Source: Azolla caroliniana
Lineage: Eukaryota > Plantae > Polypodiophyta
Length of the DNA: 64,000 bases
Direction of reading: 5' to 3'
Assembly (NCBI GenBank): GCA_043228905.1
Contig: JBHGNT010000001.1
Span: 25,792,001 to 25,856,000 of the forward strand
The notes under the pieces are model-generated. The model was not told the DNA's origin. It was given only the letters and a program-made list of their open reading frames with translations, and made no database searches. This document shows, piece after piece, positions 20,960-33,100 of the stretch; the first letter of the stretch is position 1; the number at the start of each line of letters is the position of its first letter. The position numbers were made by a program, and so were the translations under genes.

Positions 20960-23085
20960 ATGGCGTCCTCAAGCAACCAAGCAGGAGAGCTCGAAAAGAT
21001 GATGCTAATCGTCGAGCAAATGATGAGATCTTGGGACAACGACGCGAGCGTGGAGAAGGCTGTCGATCGTGTCATAGAGCTCGAGGGCCAATTCGATGGA
21101 AGGAACGTTACGAAGTTCCTTGATGCATATAAGAGGGAGATGAATCAAAGGGACGTGTCCGAGGCACGTCAAATCGCAAGCTTCAAGAGAGTTGTCGCCA
21201 ACAACATCCAAAGACGCGTCATCGAGCTTCAAGAAGGAAAGACAACATGGTCCGAGTTCGAGAAAACGATACTAGCGGAGTTCGTGACTGAAGACTCAAC
21301 GAGGATGACTCGACATGCCCTGATGAAGTGGATAGAGAAGAAGAATAAGAAGATGAGCGTCTCGAGGGTGTACGACGAATTCGACCAGATGTTTAGTCGT
21401 CTCCCCAATACGGACCAAGTATTGCTTGAAGAGGACAAGACTTTGTACTTCTTGAAGGCCGTGGACATAAAGGATAAACGGGAGTTGGGGACTCTTCTCG
21501 AAGATGATACCCAAGCAAATGGGCCGACTTGACGGGACCGACTACCACGGAGAAAGCAAGACCGCTGAAAGTAGCTGAGCCGTTGAGACAAAGTAACGTG
21601 GAAGAAAAGAAGATTGATGACGACATCATTGAAGAGCTAGCGAAGAAGTTCGAGAAGGTCACTCTAGCCAACATGAATCGTCAGGGCCCTAAAGGAAAAG
21701 AACCCTTTAGATGCGTGTGGTGCGATAGCATGGACCACATGAGAAGGGATTGTGCGAGCCTTCGAGAGGCGATTCGACAAAATATCGTATACATAGAGGA
21801 CAACATGATCTGCTCAAGCGAGACTAGAAGACCCCTACGGGTGAATTTCGGAAGAGGAGGAATGAAGAAATCTATGGAGGATGCCGATGCGACTCATGTG
21901 GATGCGATGCACTATGCTACGTCGGCCGGAATAAGAGTCGGGAAAGACAAGACTGAAGCTGCTAGAGCGGGAGCAAAGTTTTGGACTTCCGTTCTCGAAT
22001 ATGAGAAGAAGGGAAAAGTCACATTGAACGAGGTAGAGCTTGCGGACCGAAGCGTTCAAAGCATAACCGAGTGGTCGGATCCGGTGGATGACAACACCAT
22101 ACTCGCAGAGGTGATGTGCGACAACCACGAGGTGTTCGTCGAAGAAAAGAGAAAGAGAATAGAAGAGCAAGGCCCATCTAAAAGACATGAAACAAGGAAC
22201 GCGAAAAAGAAGGACGATGCGGAGACGAGTCGACCTTTACAAACGGAGGAACGAGAATCAAGCCGAAAAGGGGAGCCGAGCATACGAGTTGAAGAAACGG
22301 TTCGGCCCATGAAGGTTGGTGTCGAAGACCCCACTCGGAGGACAAGGACCATACCTACCTATAAGCTAAGGTCGGACATAGAGCAGACGACGGACCTAAA
22401 GAAGATTCTCGAAGAACGAGTTCTTGATAGCCACGTAACTTTGTCCTTGAGGGAATTGCTTGGCATTACGAAGAAGGAGTTCCATGACACGATCGTGGAC
22501 CTTGTTAAGAGAAAGAGACAACAATCGGACGAGGAAGAAGAGAAGCCGCAGAAAGCAAAAACGAATGCCATAACGATGGCAAGAGACGAAATCGATGAAG
22601 ATATGGTGGACAGCCACTACACTCGATCTCATTGGGCACGAGCGACAACGGAGACGCCGGTGAAGATCGGGGAGAAGAAAGAGACCGTCGTAGCCTTGAT
22701 CGACCACGGTTCGGAGATCAACCTCATGTCAACCGACTTCTACAAAAAGGGAAGATGGCCAATCAATACAAACCACGGATGGAAGATTCGCGCGGCAACA
22801 AAGTCTACGGAGGACTTGTACGGAGCTTGTCCCAATGTCAAAGTCACGATCGGGGATGTGGAGATGGATCAACACTTCTTCGTACAAGAATCGGCGTCGC
22901 ATCCTGTCATCCTAGGGCAACCTTATATCACATCATCTCGGATGGAGACCAAAGTGTTCGATAATGGAGTAGCCTTCGCACGAATAAAGAGTCTTGACAA
23001 CCAAAGATTGGTCCAATTCCTAACAGTGCGAGCCAATCATGAAAGGAATCGAGATAGTCTCGGAGGCGAATCCTCGGATTTTTAG
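20960..23085 (+). pseudogene. gag-pro: E gag-protease, broken once near 21530
   Basis: ORFs 20954-21532 (FDGRNVTKFL) and 21529-23085 (CVWCDSMDHMRRDC knuckle; ALIDHGSEIN..VILGQP protease). Confidence 0.85.
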
Positions 23086-26000
23086 AGCGGACTATTGAAG
23101 CATGGGGCACAAATAGTCCGAGCAATCACAAGACCCCACAAGAAAGAAGAGCACGTGGATTGCAAGGAGAAGCAACATGTGTCACACCTAGTGGCGCATG
23201 TAAACTAGTACTACCCGACAAGAAGCACAAGAGCCGGATACAAGAATTTGAGAAGATGCTGAAAGAAGAGAACATAATAGAAGAAGGGGAGTTCGTGACT
23301 CATATTATGGAAGAAGCCTCATTTAACGACACCATCGGCGAAATCGAGGACGTCGTGGACTTGAGCTATCATCACAACCAATGCGTGATTTCGGTTAACT
23401 CTGTCAACATGTACGCTATCATCGATGAATACCGTCATGGCATCTCGATGAAGGAAGCTGACATCAACACGAAATATAAAACGGTGCATAAGAAGATCAA
23501 GCTAGTTGCGGTTCCGCTACCGGAAGATAGCTGGCAAAAGATGAAGGAAGTCGCTAACGATCCAAGCTTAAGAGATCCGAAGAAGATAGGTCATGACTTC
23601 ACCAAAGAGACGAAGGGGAAGCTACGAGTTGGAAAGGAGGATTTCCTTCTCCCTGAAGAGGAGCGAATGTTTCGCGATATGCTTGAGAGACATGGGAAGG
23701 CTTTCGCATTCTTCCCACGAGAAATCGGATGCGCCGACACAAAGGTTATAGAGCCAATGGTGATCTTCACGGTGCCTCATGTGCCTTGGAATTTGAAACC
23801 GATACCGGTTCCGAGAGCACACCTTCCGAAGCTGATCGAGCTCTTAAAGGAGAAGGTGAGTATGGGAATTCTAGAACCGTCGAATGCTCCTTATTCCAAT
23901 AGGTGGTTCACGGTGCCGAAGAAGAATGGATCATTGCGATTCATCCAAGATCTTCAACCCGTCAACAAGGTGACAATTCGAAATGCCGGAATCGGTCCGA
24001 GCGTGGACGAATTTGCCGAAGCGTTTGCGGGCCGGTCCATCTACTCCATTGGCGATCTCTACTCCGGATATGACCAATTCCAGTTGGCGATCGACAGTCG
24101 GGACATTACAACCATGAGGACTCCGATCGGGCTTGTGCGGATGTGTACCTTACCCCAAGGCGCAACGAACTCGGTGGCTCATATGGTGAATGCCATGAAT
24201 AAAGTCTTGAAGGATTGCATTCCGGACATCACAATGCCATTCTTGGATGATATTCCGATAAAAGGATGTTCGGATGAGGAGAAAGATGAATCGAAAGATA
24301 AGGAAGGTTGTAGAAAGTTCGTTGCGGATCATATGAAAGATTGCGAGAAGGTGCTTCAAAGGCTCGAAGATGCGAATTTGACATTTTCGGGAGAAAAATC
24401 CGCATTCGGGCAACCAGAGATCTTGGTGGTAGGTCACTTGTGTGGAGCATACGGCCGAAAGCCCTCGCCATCCAAAGTGAACGCAATCCAAGACATGAAA
24501 GAAGAATGCGAAAACCAAACGGAGGTTCGAAGGTTCCTTGGAGCGTGCGCGTTTTATCATATATGGATTCTTCACTACGCTCATGTCGCCGAACCGTTAT
24601 ATGGACTACTAAAGAAAAGAATAAAGTTCGAATGGCGAGACGAGCACACAGAGGCGATGCAAAGATTAAAGAAACTGCTTCTTGAAGCTCCGGCACTAAG
24701 GAAGGCCGACTATGCCGAAGGGAAGCCAATTTACGTGACCGTAGATACGAGCCCAACCGGAATCGGGTGGGTCATCAATCAAGAAGGTGAAGATAATGCG
24801 CGATATGCCGTCCGGTTCAGAGCAAAGGTTCTCAGCGAACGGCAACAAAGATATGCCCAAGTCAAGCGGGAACTTTGGGGTATTGTGTCGGCAGTGAAGA
24901 CGGACAAAGATTACCTAATCGGGTCAGAAGTGATAATAGAGACAGATTGTCTCCCAATTCTCGGAATGGTCTCGGGATGTGCGACCCCAGATCTTGCTAT
25001 GCTAAGGTGGATCGCCTACATCAAGTCTTTAAACCCAGAAATCCGTCACATCGCAGGGAAGAAGAACGCCATGGCTGACATGCTATCGAGGGCAAGATTT
25101 TCAAACGGAAGTAACATGGTTTCGGAAGATGAAGATGTCGCCCTCGACTTCTTCAAGATGGCTCGATTGTCGGCGGAAGACCAGGACACGCAAACCCTCC
25201 ACGCCTTCAACGAGAACGAGTACGAAGGAGAGTGGTTACTCATCAGTAGATTCCTAAGAACATTGACGGCAGATGCTTCGTTGACAAAGGAGGAGGCCCT
25301 ACGAATCCGAAAGAAAGCTTACCGATACTTCTTGAAGGGAGGATTCCTTTGGCGACATCCAAAAAGAAGGACAGGAATACCACGTCGAGTGGTGGTAAAG
25401 AAAGAAGAGCAAGAGACGCTAATGACCGAATTCCACGAGAGTGCTTGGGCAGGTCATAGAGGAACATGGGCGACGTTCGAAAAGTTGAAGGAGAAGTACT
25501 GGTGGCCAAGCATGTACAAAGATGTACTCCATTTCGTGTCCACATGCAAAACTTGCCAAGTATATTCAAATATATGTCATCGTGATGAGTTAAAGCCGAC
25601 ATACCCACTCACCATTCATTTCAAATGGATGGTGGATCTGGTCTCGATGCCAATGGGAGTGGGACAAATGAAGTACTTAGCGCTCGCAAGGGAAGACTTG
25701 ACAAATCAAGTGGAAGGACGAGCCTTGACAAATAAGACGACTTCAACCGTTTGCAAATTTCTACTTGAAGATGTTGTTTGCCGATATGGATGTGTAGGGA
25801 AGATAGTGGCCGACCGAGGGGAGTTGGACGCGCACGAAGCGACGGAGCTCTTCGAAAGACTAGGCGTGAAGCTCTCCCTCACGACTGCCTACAATCCGGA
25901 AGCAAATGGGAAGATCGAGCGAGGGCATGGACCTATCGTTAAAGCCATCGTACGGGCATGCAACGGTCGAGTCGGGAATTGGCCACGACTATTACCCTAT

Positions 26001-26570
26001 GTCTTGTGGGCCGATAGAACGACACATAGCTCGGTGACAGGGTATATGCCGACGGAGCTTATGTATGGACAAAAGCCGATTATGCCCATCGAAAGGACGA
26101 TCGCCTCATGGGTAGCGATACCGTGGGAGAACGAGATGAACCGAGAAGAGTTATTAGCGGCGCGGATAAGGCAACTTGAAAGAAGACCTGAAGATTTAGA
26201 AAAAGCGCGAAAGATGATGAAGGCAGCCCGAGTAAAGAACAAAGTTCGGTTCGACAACACGCATCGACTTCGTCCCAAGAAGATTGAAGAAGGGGATTGG
26301 GTTTTGGTCTACGACAGCACCCTTGACAATCAACATAGTACAACAAGGAAGTTCGCAAGAAGATGGTTCGGGCCGTATGTGGTGACAAGTGCCAACGATA
26401 ATGCCACATACCACCTTGCGGAACTAGACGAATCAAGGTTGGTCGTACCCATTGCGGGAAAAAGAGTAAAGCTTTTCAAGAAAAGACAAGACAAGGATCC
26501 TGACCTCGATTACCTCGACGATGAACATAATAGGCCAGATGAAAATGAAGACATGGAGGAATCTAATTGA
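23076..26570 (+). CDS. pol: E Pol (RT-RH-IN), uninterrupted, entered by a predicted -1 frameshift
   Basis: Frame open from 23073 through ORF 23160-26570; DLYSGY, LPQGATNS, FLDD, TVDTS, HHCC, DDE, FGPY; no chromodomain. Confidence 0.92.
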   Translation, partial: GFLERTIEAWGTNSPSNHKTPQERRARGLQGEATCVTPSGACKLVLPDKKHKSRIQEFEKMLKEENIIEEGEFVTHIMEEASFNDTIGEIEDVVDLSYHHNQCVISVNSVNMYAIIDEYRHGISMKEADINTKYKTVHKKIKLVAVPLPEDSWQKMKEVANDPSLRDPKKIGHDFTKETKGKLRVGKEDFLLPEEERMFRDMLERHGKAFAFFPREIGCADTKVIEPMVIFTVPHVPWNLKPIPVPRAHLPKLIELLKEKVSMGILEPSNAPYSNRWFTVPKKNGSLRFIQDLQPVNKVTIRNAGIGPSVDEFAEAFAGRSIYSIGDLYSGYDQFQLAIDSRDITTMRTPIGLVRMCTLPQGATNSVAHMVNAMNKVLKDCIPDITMPFLDDIPIKGCSDEEKDESKDKEGCRKFVADHMKDCEKVLQRLEDANLTFSGEKSAFGQPEILVVGHLCGAYGRKPSPSKVNAIQDMKEECENQTEVRRFLGACAFYHIWILHYAHVAEPLYGLLKKRIKFEWRDEHTEAMQRLKKLLLEAPALRKADYAEGKPIYVTVDTSPTGIGWVINQEGEDNARYAVRFRAKVLSERQQRYAQVKRELWGIVSAVKTDKDYLIGSEVIIETDCLPILGMVSGCATPDLAMLRWIAYIKSLNPEIRHIAGKKNAMADMLSRARFSNGSNMVSEDEDVALDFFKMARLSAEDQDTQTLHAFNENEYEGEWLLISRFLRTLTADASLTKEEALRIRKKAYRYFLKGGFLWRHPKRRTGIPRRVVVKKEEQETLMTEFHESAWAGHRGTWATFEKLKEKYWWPSMYKDVLHFVSTCKTCQVYSNICHRDELKPTYPLTIHFKWMVDLVSMPMGVGQMKYLALAREDLTNQVEGRALTNKTTSTVCKFLLEDVVCRYGCVGKIVADRGELDAHEATELFERLGVKLSLTTAYNPEANGKIERGHGPIVKAIVRACNGRVGNWPRLLPYVLWADRTTHSSVTGYMPTELMYGQKPIMPIERTIASWVAIPWENEMNREELLAARIRQLERRPEDLEKARKMMKAARVKNKVRFDNTHRLRPKKIEEGDWVLVYDSTLDNQHSTTRKFARRWFGPYVVTSANDNATYHLAELDESRLVVPIAGKRVKLFKKRQDKDPDLDYLDDEHNRPDENEDMEESN

Positions 26571-29500
26571 TCATCGTAGCCGAAATCTCACTTCTTCTCT
26601 TCTTGGCACGTACCGAAGGACGTGCGGTTTGGTGGGGGTGGATGTCGTGAAGATTTTCGGCAATAGTGTGAAAATCCCATAAAACGTACAAAATCGAGTA
26701 TGAATCATGTAATACAATAATTGTGAAGATAACATTTTTAATATCTAAAGTACAAAATGATGGAGGTTTCGAATGCACTTTATTACACGAGAAATGGACA
26801 ACTAAATGTCAAGATATGAGGGTATAAAGTTTGTGAAAAGAAAAGAGAAAATTGTGAGATATCCCACATAGGCACGACAAATACGGCTCTCATCATATAT
26901 AAGGTGAAGCAAAAGATATTATCTTCGTGTCTATGTGTGGAGCATAGAGAGTTCAAGGTAACTTGAACTTAGAGTGGAGGTGGCTAGCTACTCGTAAAGG
27001 GTTTTGGCCAACCAAAACCGGACCCGCGATGGAGCCGGTGATCCGACCGCAATCCGATGTCGGTATTCGGCGTCGGCATCCGGCGGCAGCACCGGTATCC
27101 GGCGTCGGCGTCGGCATCCGGCGACTAGATAAAATAAATATATAAAAATATATACATATTTACATATACAAGGAGGGCAAGTATGGATTCGAACCTTGCA
27201 CCTCCAAGTTAGGAGTCAAATGGCTTACCATTAAGCCATAGTATTTAGTTGAAATTACATTTCTATCATTGTACTTTTACATGTAAATTCTCATCCATGA
27301 GTGCTAAAATGAGTGACATGGTTAGCATGCACCACATGTAATACTTAAGCGCCAAATGGCAAACATGCAATTTATGCATGCCTTGTACCCTCACATGCAT
27401 CATATGCATGAGAGCATCTATAAAAGAGGGAAGGGGGAGGAGAAAAACACGGTTTTTTTTTATGAAAATTAAGAAGAAGAAATTCGTTATCAAATCAATC
27501 GTGTAATCTCATCTTCTCTCTTTCCCAATCTTTCTTAAGTACTTTCTCGCCAAACGACTCTAAATCCTTCTGGTCCAGAACCCCGGCGGTTCCGCCTCAC
27601 GATCCGCGCGTAGTGACGGATCTTCACGACAGCGTCATTGACTTCAAGATAAGTATTATCTAGCACTAGCTTGTACCTAGGGAGTTGGTCATATTAAATG
27701 ACAAGTCAGTTGACAGAAAAGGAATATCTCCACTACTATCAACTGACTTGCACATTTAATGTTATACTTAGACCAAACATAGAAAGCAATCCACTTTCTT
27801 TTCATAGTGGTTGGCTTGATTATCAGTCCCCACTAATTTTGTAGTGAGCTGGTCCATATCCTATCTAAGCTCTAAGGTGTGAGTGCATGGGAAAATTACC
27901 ATTGTGAGCTACTCTCATATGTAATAGAAGTTTTGTTTTCATATATCTCATCTCTGTAGTTGTAACTCTATATACCTATCTAATCGATTCTCAATATTTC
28001 TAACAGATGAAGAGCGAAGTGTTTACACACTTCCAAAAATTCAAAAGCGAAGTTGAAAAGACAACTGGCTGCCATGTACGATGTCTTCGGTCAGATGGAG
28101 GAAAGGAATACTTCTCCGATGCGTTCACGACATACCTTCAACAAGAAGGAATTCGGCGAGAATTCACTTGCCTACACACACCACAACAGAACAGTGTAGT
28201 TGAACGCAAGAATCGACACATCCTCGAAGTAGCAAGGGCCATGCTAAATGAGAAGCATATGCCCAAGTCATATTGGGGCAGAAGCTGCAAATACCGCAGT
28301 CTACCTCATGAACCGGTGCACAACATCTAGAGTGCACGAGGTCACCCCGCACGAGAAATACTATGGGAAGAAGCCGGATCTATCCCATGTAAGGATATTC
28401 GGTTCCATTGCATATGTGCACATTCCCGATGAGAAGCGGCAGAAGCTTGACCCAAAATCAGAGAAGTGCATCCTCGTGGGGTACTCACTCGAGAAAAAGG
28501 GGTACAAGTGCTTCAACCCCTCTACTCGGAAGACTCGTGTAAGTTGGGATGTCGTCTTTGACGAATCGACATCATGGTACAAACCCGAGCCGACTCCTCC
28601 CAAACCATCTACGAACGACCTCAACAACACAAAAGATGATGATCAACTAAGGTCAATACTCGAAGAGAGTCCGATCTCAACCAGATTGAGCGGACCACAA
28701 GAGCCTCTCAGCAACCAAAGCACATCTCGGCCAAGTCCAAAGATGGACAAAGGGAAGGCCAAAATGCCGGAATATGAAGACGATCACTTCGACGGCAACG
28801 AATCGACTCATTCACTCGATAGTAAGTTCGATGGCTTTGATGTGCCTCTTATGAGGTCATCTGGAGTTGAGAAAGCACTCACATCGGCAAATGAGAAACT
28901 TCGTCGCTCCACCCGAGAGAAGAATCCAGTTAGCTGATTCGGCTACAACGACTATATGGCATACCACTATGCCATTATCATGAAGGTGGCAGCAGTTCGA
29001 GAACCGGAGAGCTTTGCCAAAGCCGCTAAAGATCCGCAATGGGTCGAAGAGATGAATGAGGAGATGCAAGCTCTCAGCAAGAATGAGACATGGGATCTCA
29101 TCCCTCACTCACTGCACAAGAAGGCAATCGGCTGCAGATGGATATACAAAGTGAAGTACAATGCCGACGGTTCCGTCAACCGCTACAAAGCTCGACTTGT
29201 AGCAAAGGGCTACACACAAGCATAAGGCATCGACTATGAAGAGACCTTTGCCCCGGTGGCAAAGATGACAACCGTGTGAACCATGATAGCGCTTGCAGCA
29301 GCGAAAGGGTGGCACCTCCACCAGATGGATGTCAAGAACGCCTTTCTTCAAGGTGAATTAGAAGAGGAGGTGTACATGGTACAACCACCCAACTTCAAAT
29401 CCAACATTCATCCAAAAGACGTCTGCCAACTCAAGAAGCCTCTCTACGGCCTTAAGCAAGCACCACGTGCTTGGCACTCGAAGATAACACAATATCTTCA

Positions 29501-30189
29501 TCGAATCGGTTTCCGAATGAAAAAATCCGATAGCTCTCTATATGTAAGAAGCAATTCCGAAAGTCTGATCGTCATCATTGTATGCGTGGATGATCTAGTC
29601 ATTGGAGGTGAGCATCTAGTCGACATTAACAAGGTCAAGTCCCTCCTCTCCAGCAAATTCGAGATAACGGACATGAAAGAGCTCCACTACTTCCTTGGCA
29701 TCGAGTGTTAAGAATCTATTCCTAATCAATAGACCAAACTAAAGTAAAAGAAGGAAAATAGAATGGATAGAAGAACCCGTTCCACCCGACCACCCCCGAG
29801 CTATGATCGAGACATAGCCAACCTACCACCAACATCCCATACCGCCGGATATTAGGATGACTAATACCTTGGAAGAGATAAACACGATCGTCGAGACGAA
29901 AGCCTAGGCCGCACCACCGGTGTCTAAGACATCAACCTTCCGACGTAATGTGATTACGAGGGTAGCTAAGCCTCACATTTATACCTTTTCCTAGGCCCCT
30001 TGAATAGATGTGCCTTTCTAAAAGGCTCTCCATTCATTGGTTGTCCAAATCATGATAGTGCATGCACCTATCATTCCTTCTATCCAATCATTAGTCCCCT
30101 TTTTAACATTAGTGAACATACCCTTCACTAATGTAAATATTGGTGACCTACCCTCGCCAACGTTGTGTACATAACATACTCCCCTACTT

Positions 30190-33100
30190 CAAAAGATTAC
30201 ACTCTTGCAATATAAAGTGAGGAAATTGTGCCTTAAGAATATGCTTGCATTCCCATGTGGCATCATCAATAGGTTTATCCATCCATTTGATCTTGAATAG
30301 CCGAATCTCTTTAGAACGTAAACGTCTAGTACGAGAATCAAGAATTCGTTAAGGAACATGAGGTTTGTAAGAAAAATCCTCTAATGTTACAAGATCTTGG
30401 ATTGTGATGGTGTTATCACCAGAGCCTAAAAATGGTTTTAGACAACGAATGTGAAAAACTGGATGAATACCAACGTTACGGGGTAAGGCAAGGTGATAAG
30501 CAGATGACCCAACTCGCTTAAGGATTTCAAATGGGCCACAATATCGTGGGTCTAACTTAGTGCACTTGCCCGTAGACAATGACGTAGAGTCAGTAGGGAC
30601 ACGCAAAAAAACTTTTTGACCAATAGTAAATGCACGAGGACGTCTATCCTTATCAGCATAAAATCGAGCACGAACTTGAGCCGCCTTGACATTCTCTTTG
30701 GCAATATGCAACATTTGGTTCATGTCTTGCAAAAAATTGCATGTACTGTCTAATGTATCACGATGAATCGTGACATGAACTCGAGCACGTGGCTGAAAAC
30801 CATACATCAACATAAAAGGATTATATCCAATGGATGTATGTTTAGAGCTATTATAGGCAAATTCTAAGATAGGAAGGTATTGCTCCCACTTAGAAGGGGT
30901 TTTTGCTACATAAGCTCGAAGCATGTCCGCAATAATTTGATTAACTCGTTCAGTTTGTCCATCAGACTGAGGATGATCTAAGGAACTCATGCTCAATGTA
31001 GTTTCTAGTTTCTTAAAGACTTGAGTCCAAAAGTCATTAGTAAACTTGGAATCTCGATCACTAACAATATCCATCGGTAATACATAAAAACGAAATAACT
31101 CATCAACAAATTGATAAGCCAATTGTTGAGCAATTACCATGGTTTTGGTAGGAATAAATCTAGCCAATTTTGTTAGTCTATCAATGACAACCCAAATGGC
31201 ATCATGACCCCTTTGTGTACGAGGTAAACTAACAATAAAATCCATCGAGATACTTTCCCATTTGTTGTAGGGAATATCTAAGGGATGTAAAAGGCCAACA
31301 GCTTTAAGTCGTTCCGACTTATTAATCTGACATTGGAAGCATTGAGTTACATATTTATGCACGTTAGAGCGCATCTTAGGCCAGAAAAAATACTCAAGAT
31401 GAGAACGAGTGTGCGTTGTATTCCAGGATGACCAGCGGATGGTGCATCATGACATTCATGAAGAATTTTTTGTTTTACGTTTGGTAAATGTGGAACACAG
31501 ACCTTTCCACTACGGTAGAGCAAACCGTTTGTAATGTGAAAGATCGCCTTCGAGGGTAGGGTGCTAGTATCGGCATCTAAACCAAATTTGGCTTTCGTCC
31601 AATATTTCGAAAAATAATTGTCATCAAGGTATTTCCCTCAAAGGTGATCTAAAAGATCAGATTTTATTTCCGTGAAGCTAAGCATGTTAACTTCTTTAAT
31701 GCGACTAAGAGCATCCGCAATAGTGTTCATTAAACCCTTGCGATACCGTATGGAAAAATCAAAATCTTGCATAAGGTTAGCCCAACGGCCTTTATGACCA
31801 ACAAGATCTAGCTGGTCACAAAAATACTTCAATGATTGATGGTCTTTTGTAACCACAAATTTATTTCCATAGAGATAGTGCCTCCATGTTTTAAGTGCAT
31901 GTATTACCACAAACAACTCTTTCTCTTGAACTGAATGCAGAAATTGAGCAGCATCAAGCTTTTTACTTTCAAAAGCAATAGGGTGACCGCCTTGATAAAG
32001 AACGGCACCAATAGCATAATCACTAGCATCGGTTTCGATTGAGAAAGGCTTAGAAGGGTCCGGTAATAGAAGAGTGGGAGCCAAACACACATGCTCTTTG
32101 AGTGTCTCAAATTATTTGTCAAGTTGTTCATTCCATGCAATTGGTTTGACATACTTACGTGGATAACCTTTTAAAAGTGGTCAGTTAATGGCGTAGTCAA
32201 TTTGGAATAGTTACGAATTGATTTTCGTAAAAATCCAACAAACCCTAAGAATGATCGCAGTTCACGAATATTACGAGGAATGGGCCAAAGTTTAACCTTT
32301 TCAATACAAGAAGGTTCAATTTCAACACCATTTTCCGTAATTAAATGACCTAGGTACACAATAGATTTTTGGAAAAAATCACATTTTGAATGTTTTGCAT
32401 AGAAATAGTTGTCACACAACTTTTGCAAAACAAATCGAACATGTTGAACATGATCTTGCAAGGTACGGCTATATATCAAAATATCATCCAAGAAGACAAC
32501 AACAAAATCACCAAGTTGATCTCAGAAAACGTCATTCATCGCTTGTTGGAATGTGGCTGGAGCATTAGTCAACCCGAAAGGCATGACAAAAAAACTCATA
32601 ATGGCCATAGCGCGTACGAAAAGCAGTTTTAGGAATATCATCCTCATCAATGCGAATCTGATGATAACTTGTCTGTAAGTCAATTTTCGTAAAATATCGA
32701 GCCCCATGCAAACGATCAATCAAATCATCGCCACGAGGTAATGGATATGCATTTTTAATTGTCACTTTATTCAAACGGCGATAATTGACACACATTCGCC
32801 ATGAACCTTCCTTCTTATTAACTAATAGAACCAGCGCACCCCAAGGTGATTTACTATACCTAATGTGGCCCATACTCAAGTATTCCTTAAGTTGTTTAGC
32901 GATCTCATCCTCTTCTAATCGACTAAGTCGGTAAGGTGGAATGCTCACAGGAGTAGCACCAGGAATGAGTTCAATTTGATGGTCCACATTACGTTTTGGT
33001 GGTAAAGTAAGTGGCAATTCGTTAGGAAACACGTCTTGAAAATCATCTAAAATAGAGTCGAGTAATCGTTGTTCATAATGTGGTAATGGTGTGGCGTCAA

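Larger units (their letters stand above)
19813..27631 (+). mobile_element. Element E: young non-chromoviral Ty3/Gypsy (possibly Phygy/Selgy-like; lineage unverified), tRNA-Trp primed, 4-bp TSD
   Basis: LTRs 19813-20890 and 26643-27631 with 11-bp inverted termini TGTCGTGAAGA/TCTTCACGACA; TSD GCGT (19809-19812, 27632-27635); PPT 26631-26642. Confidence 0.95.
10232..28005 (+). mobile_element. Element C: full-length Ty1/Copia inserted in B integrase; 3' LTR split by D and E
   Basis: TSD GATGA (10227-10231, 28006-28010); 5' LTR 10232-10855; PBS TGGTATCAGAGC 10856-10867; PPT 14963-14971; 3' LTR pieces 14972-15233, 19801-19812, 27632-28005. Confidence 0.96.

Noticed and set aside
27632-27637. E LTR extending to ...GCGTCA
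   Set aside because: Would require a 2-bp target deletion and break the 11-bp terminal inverted repeat; a 4-bp TSD is simpler.
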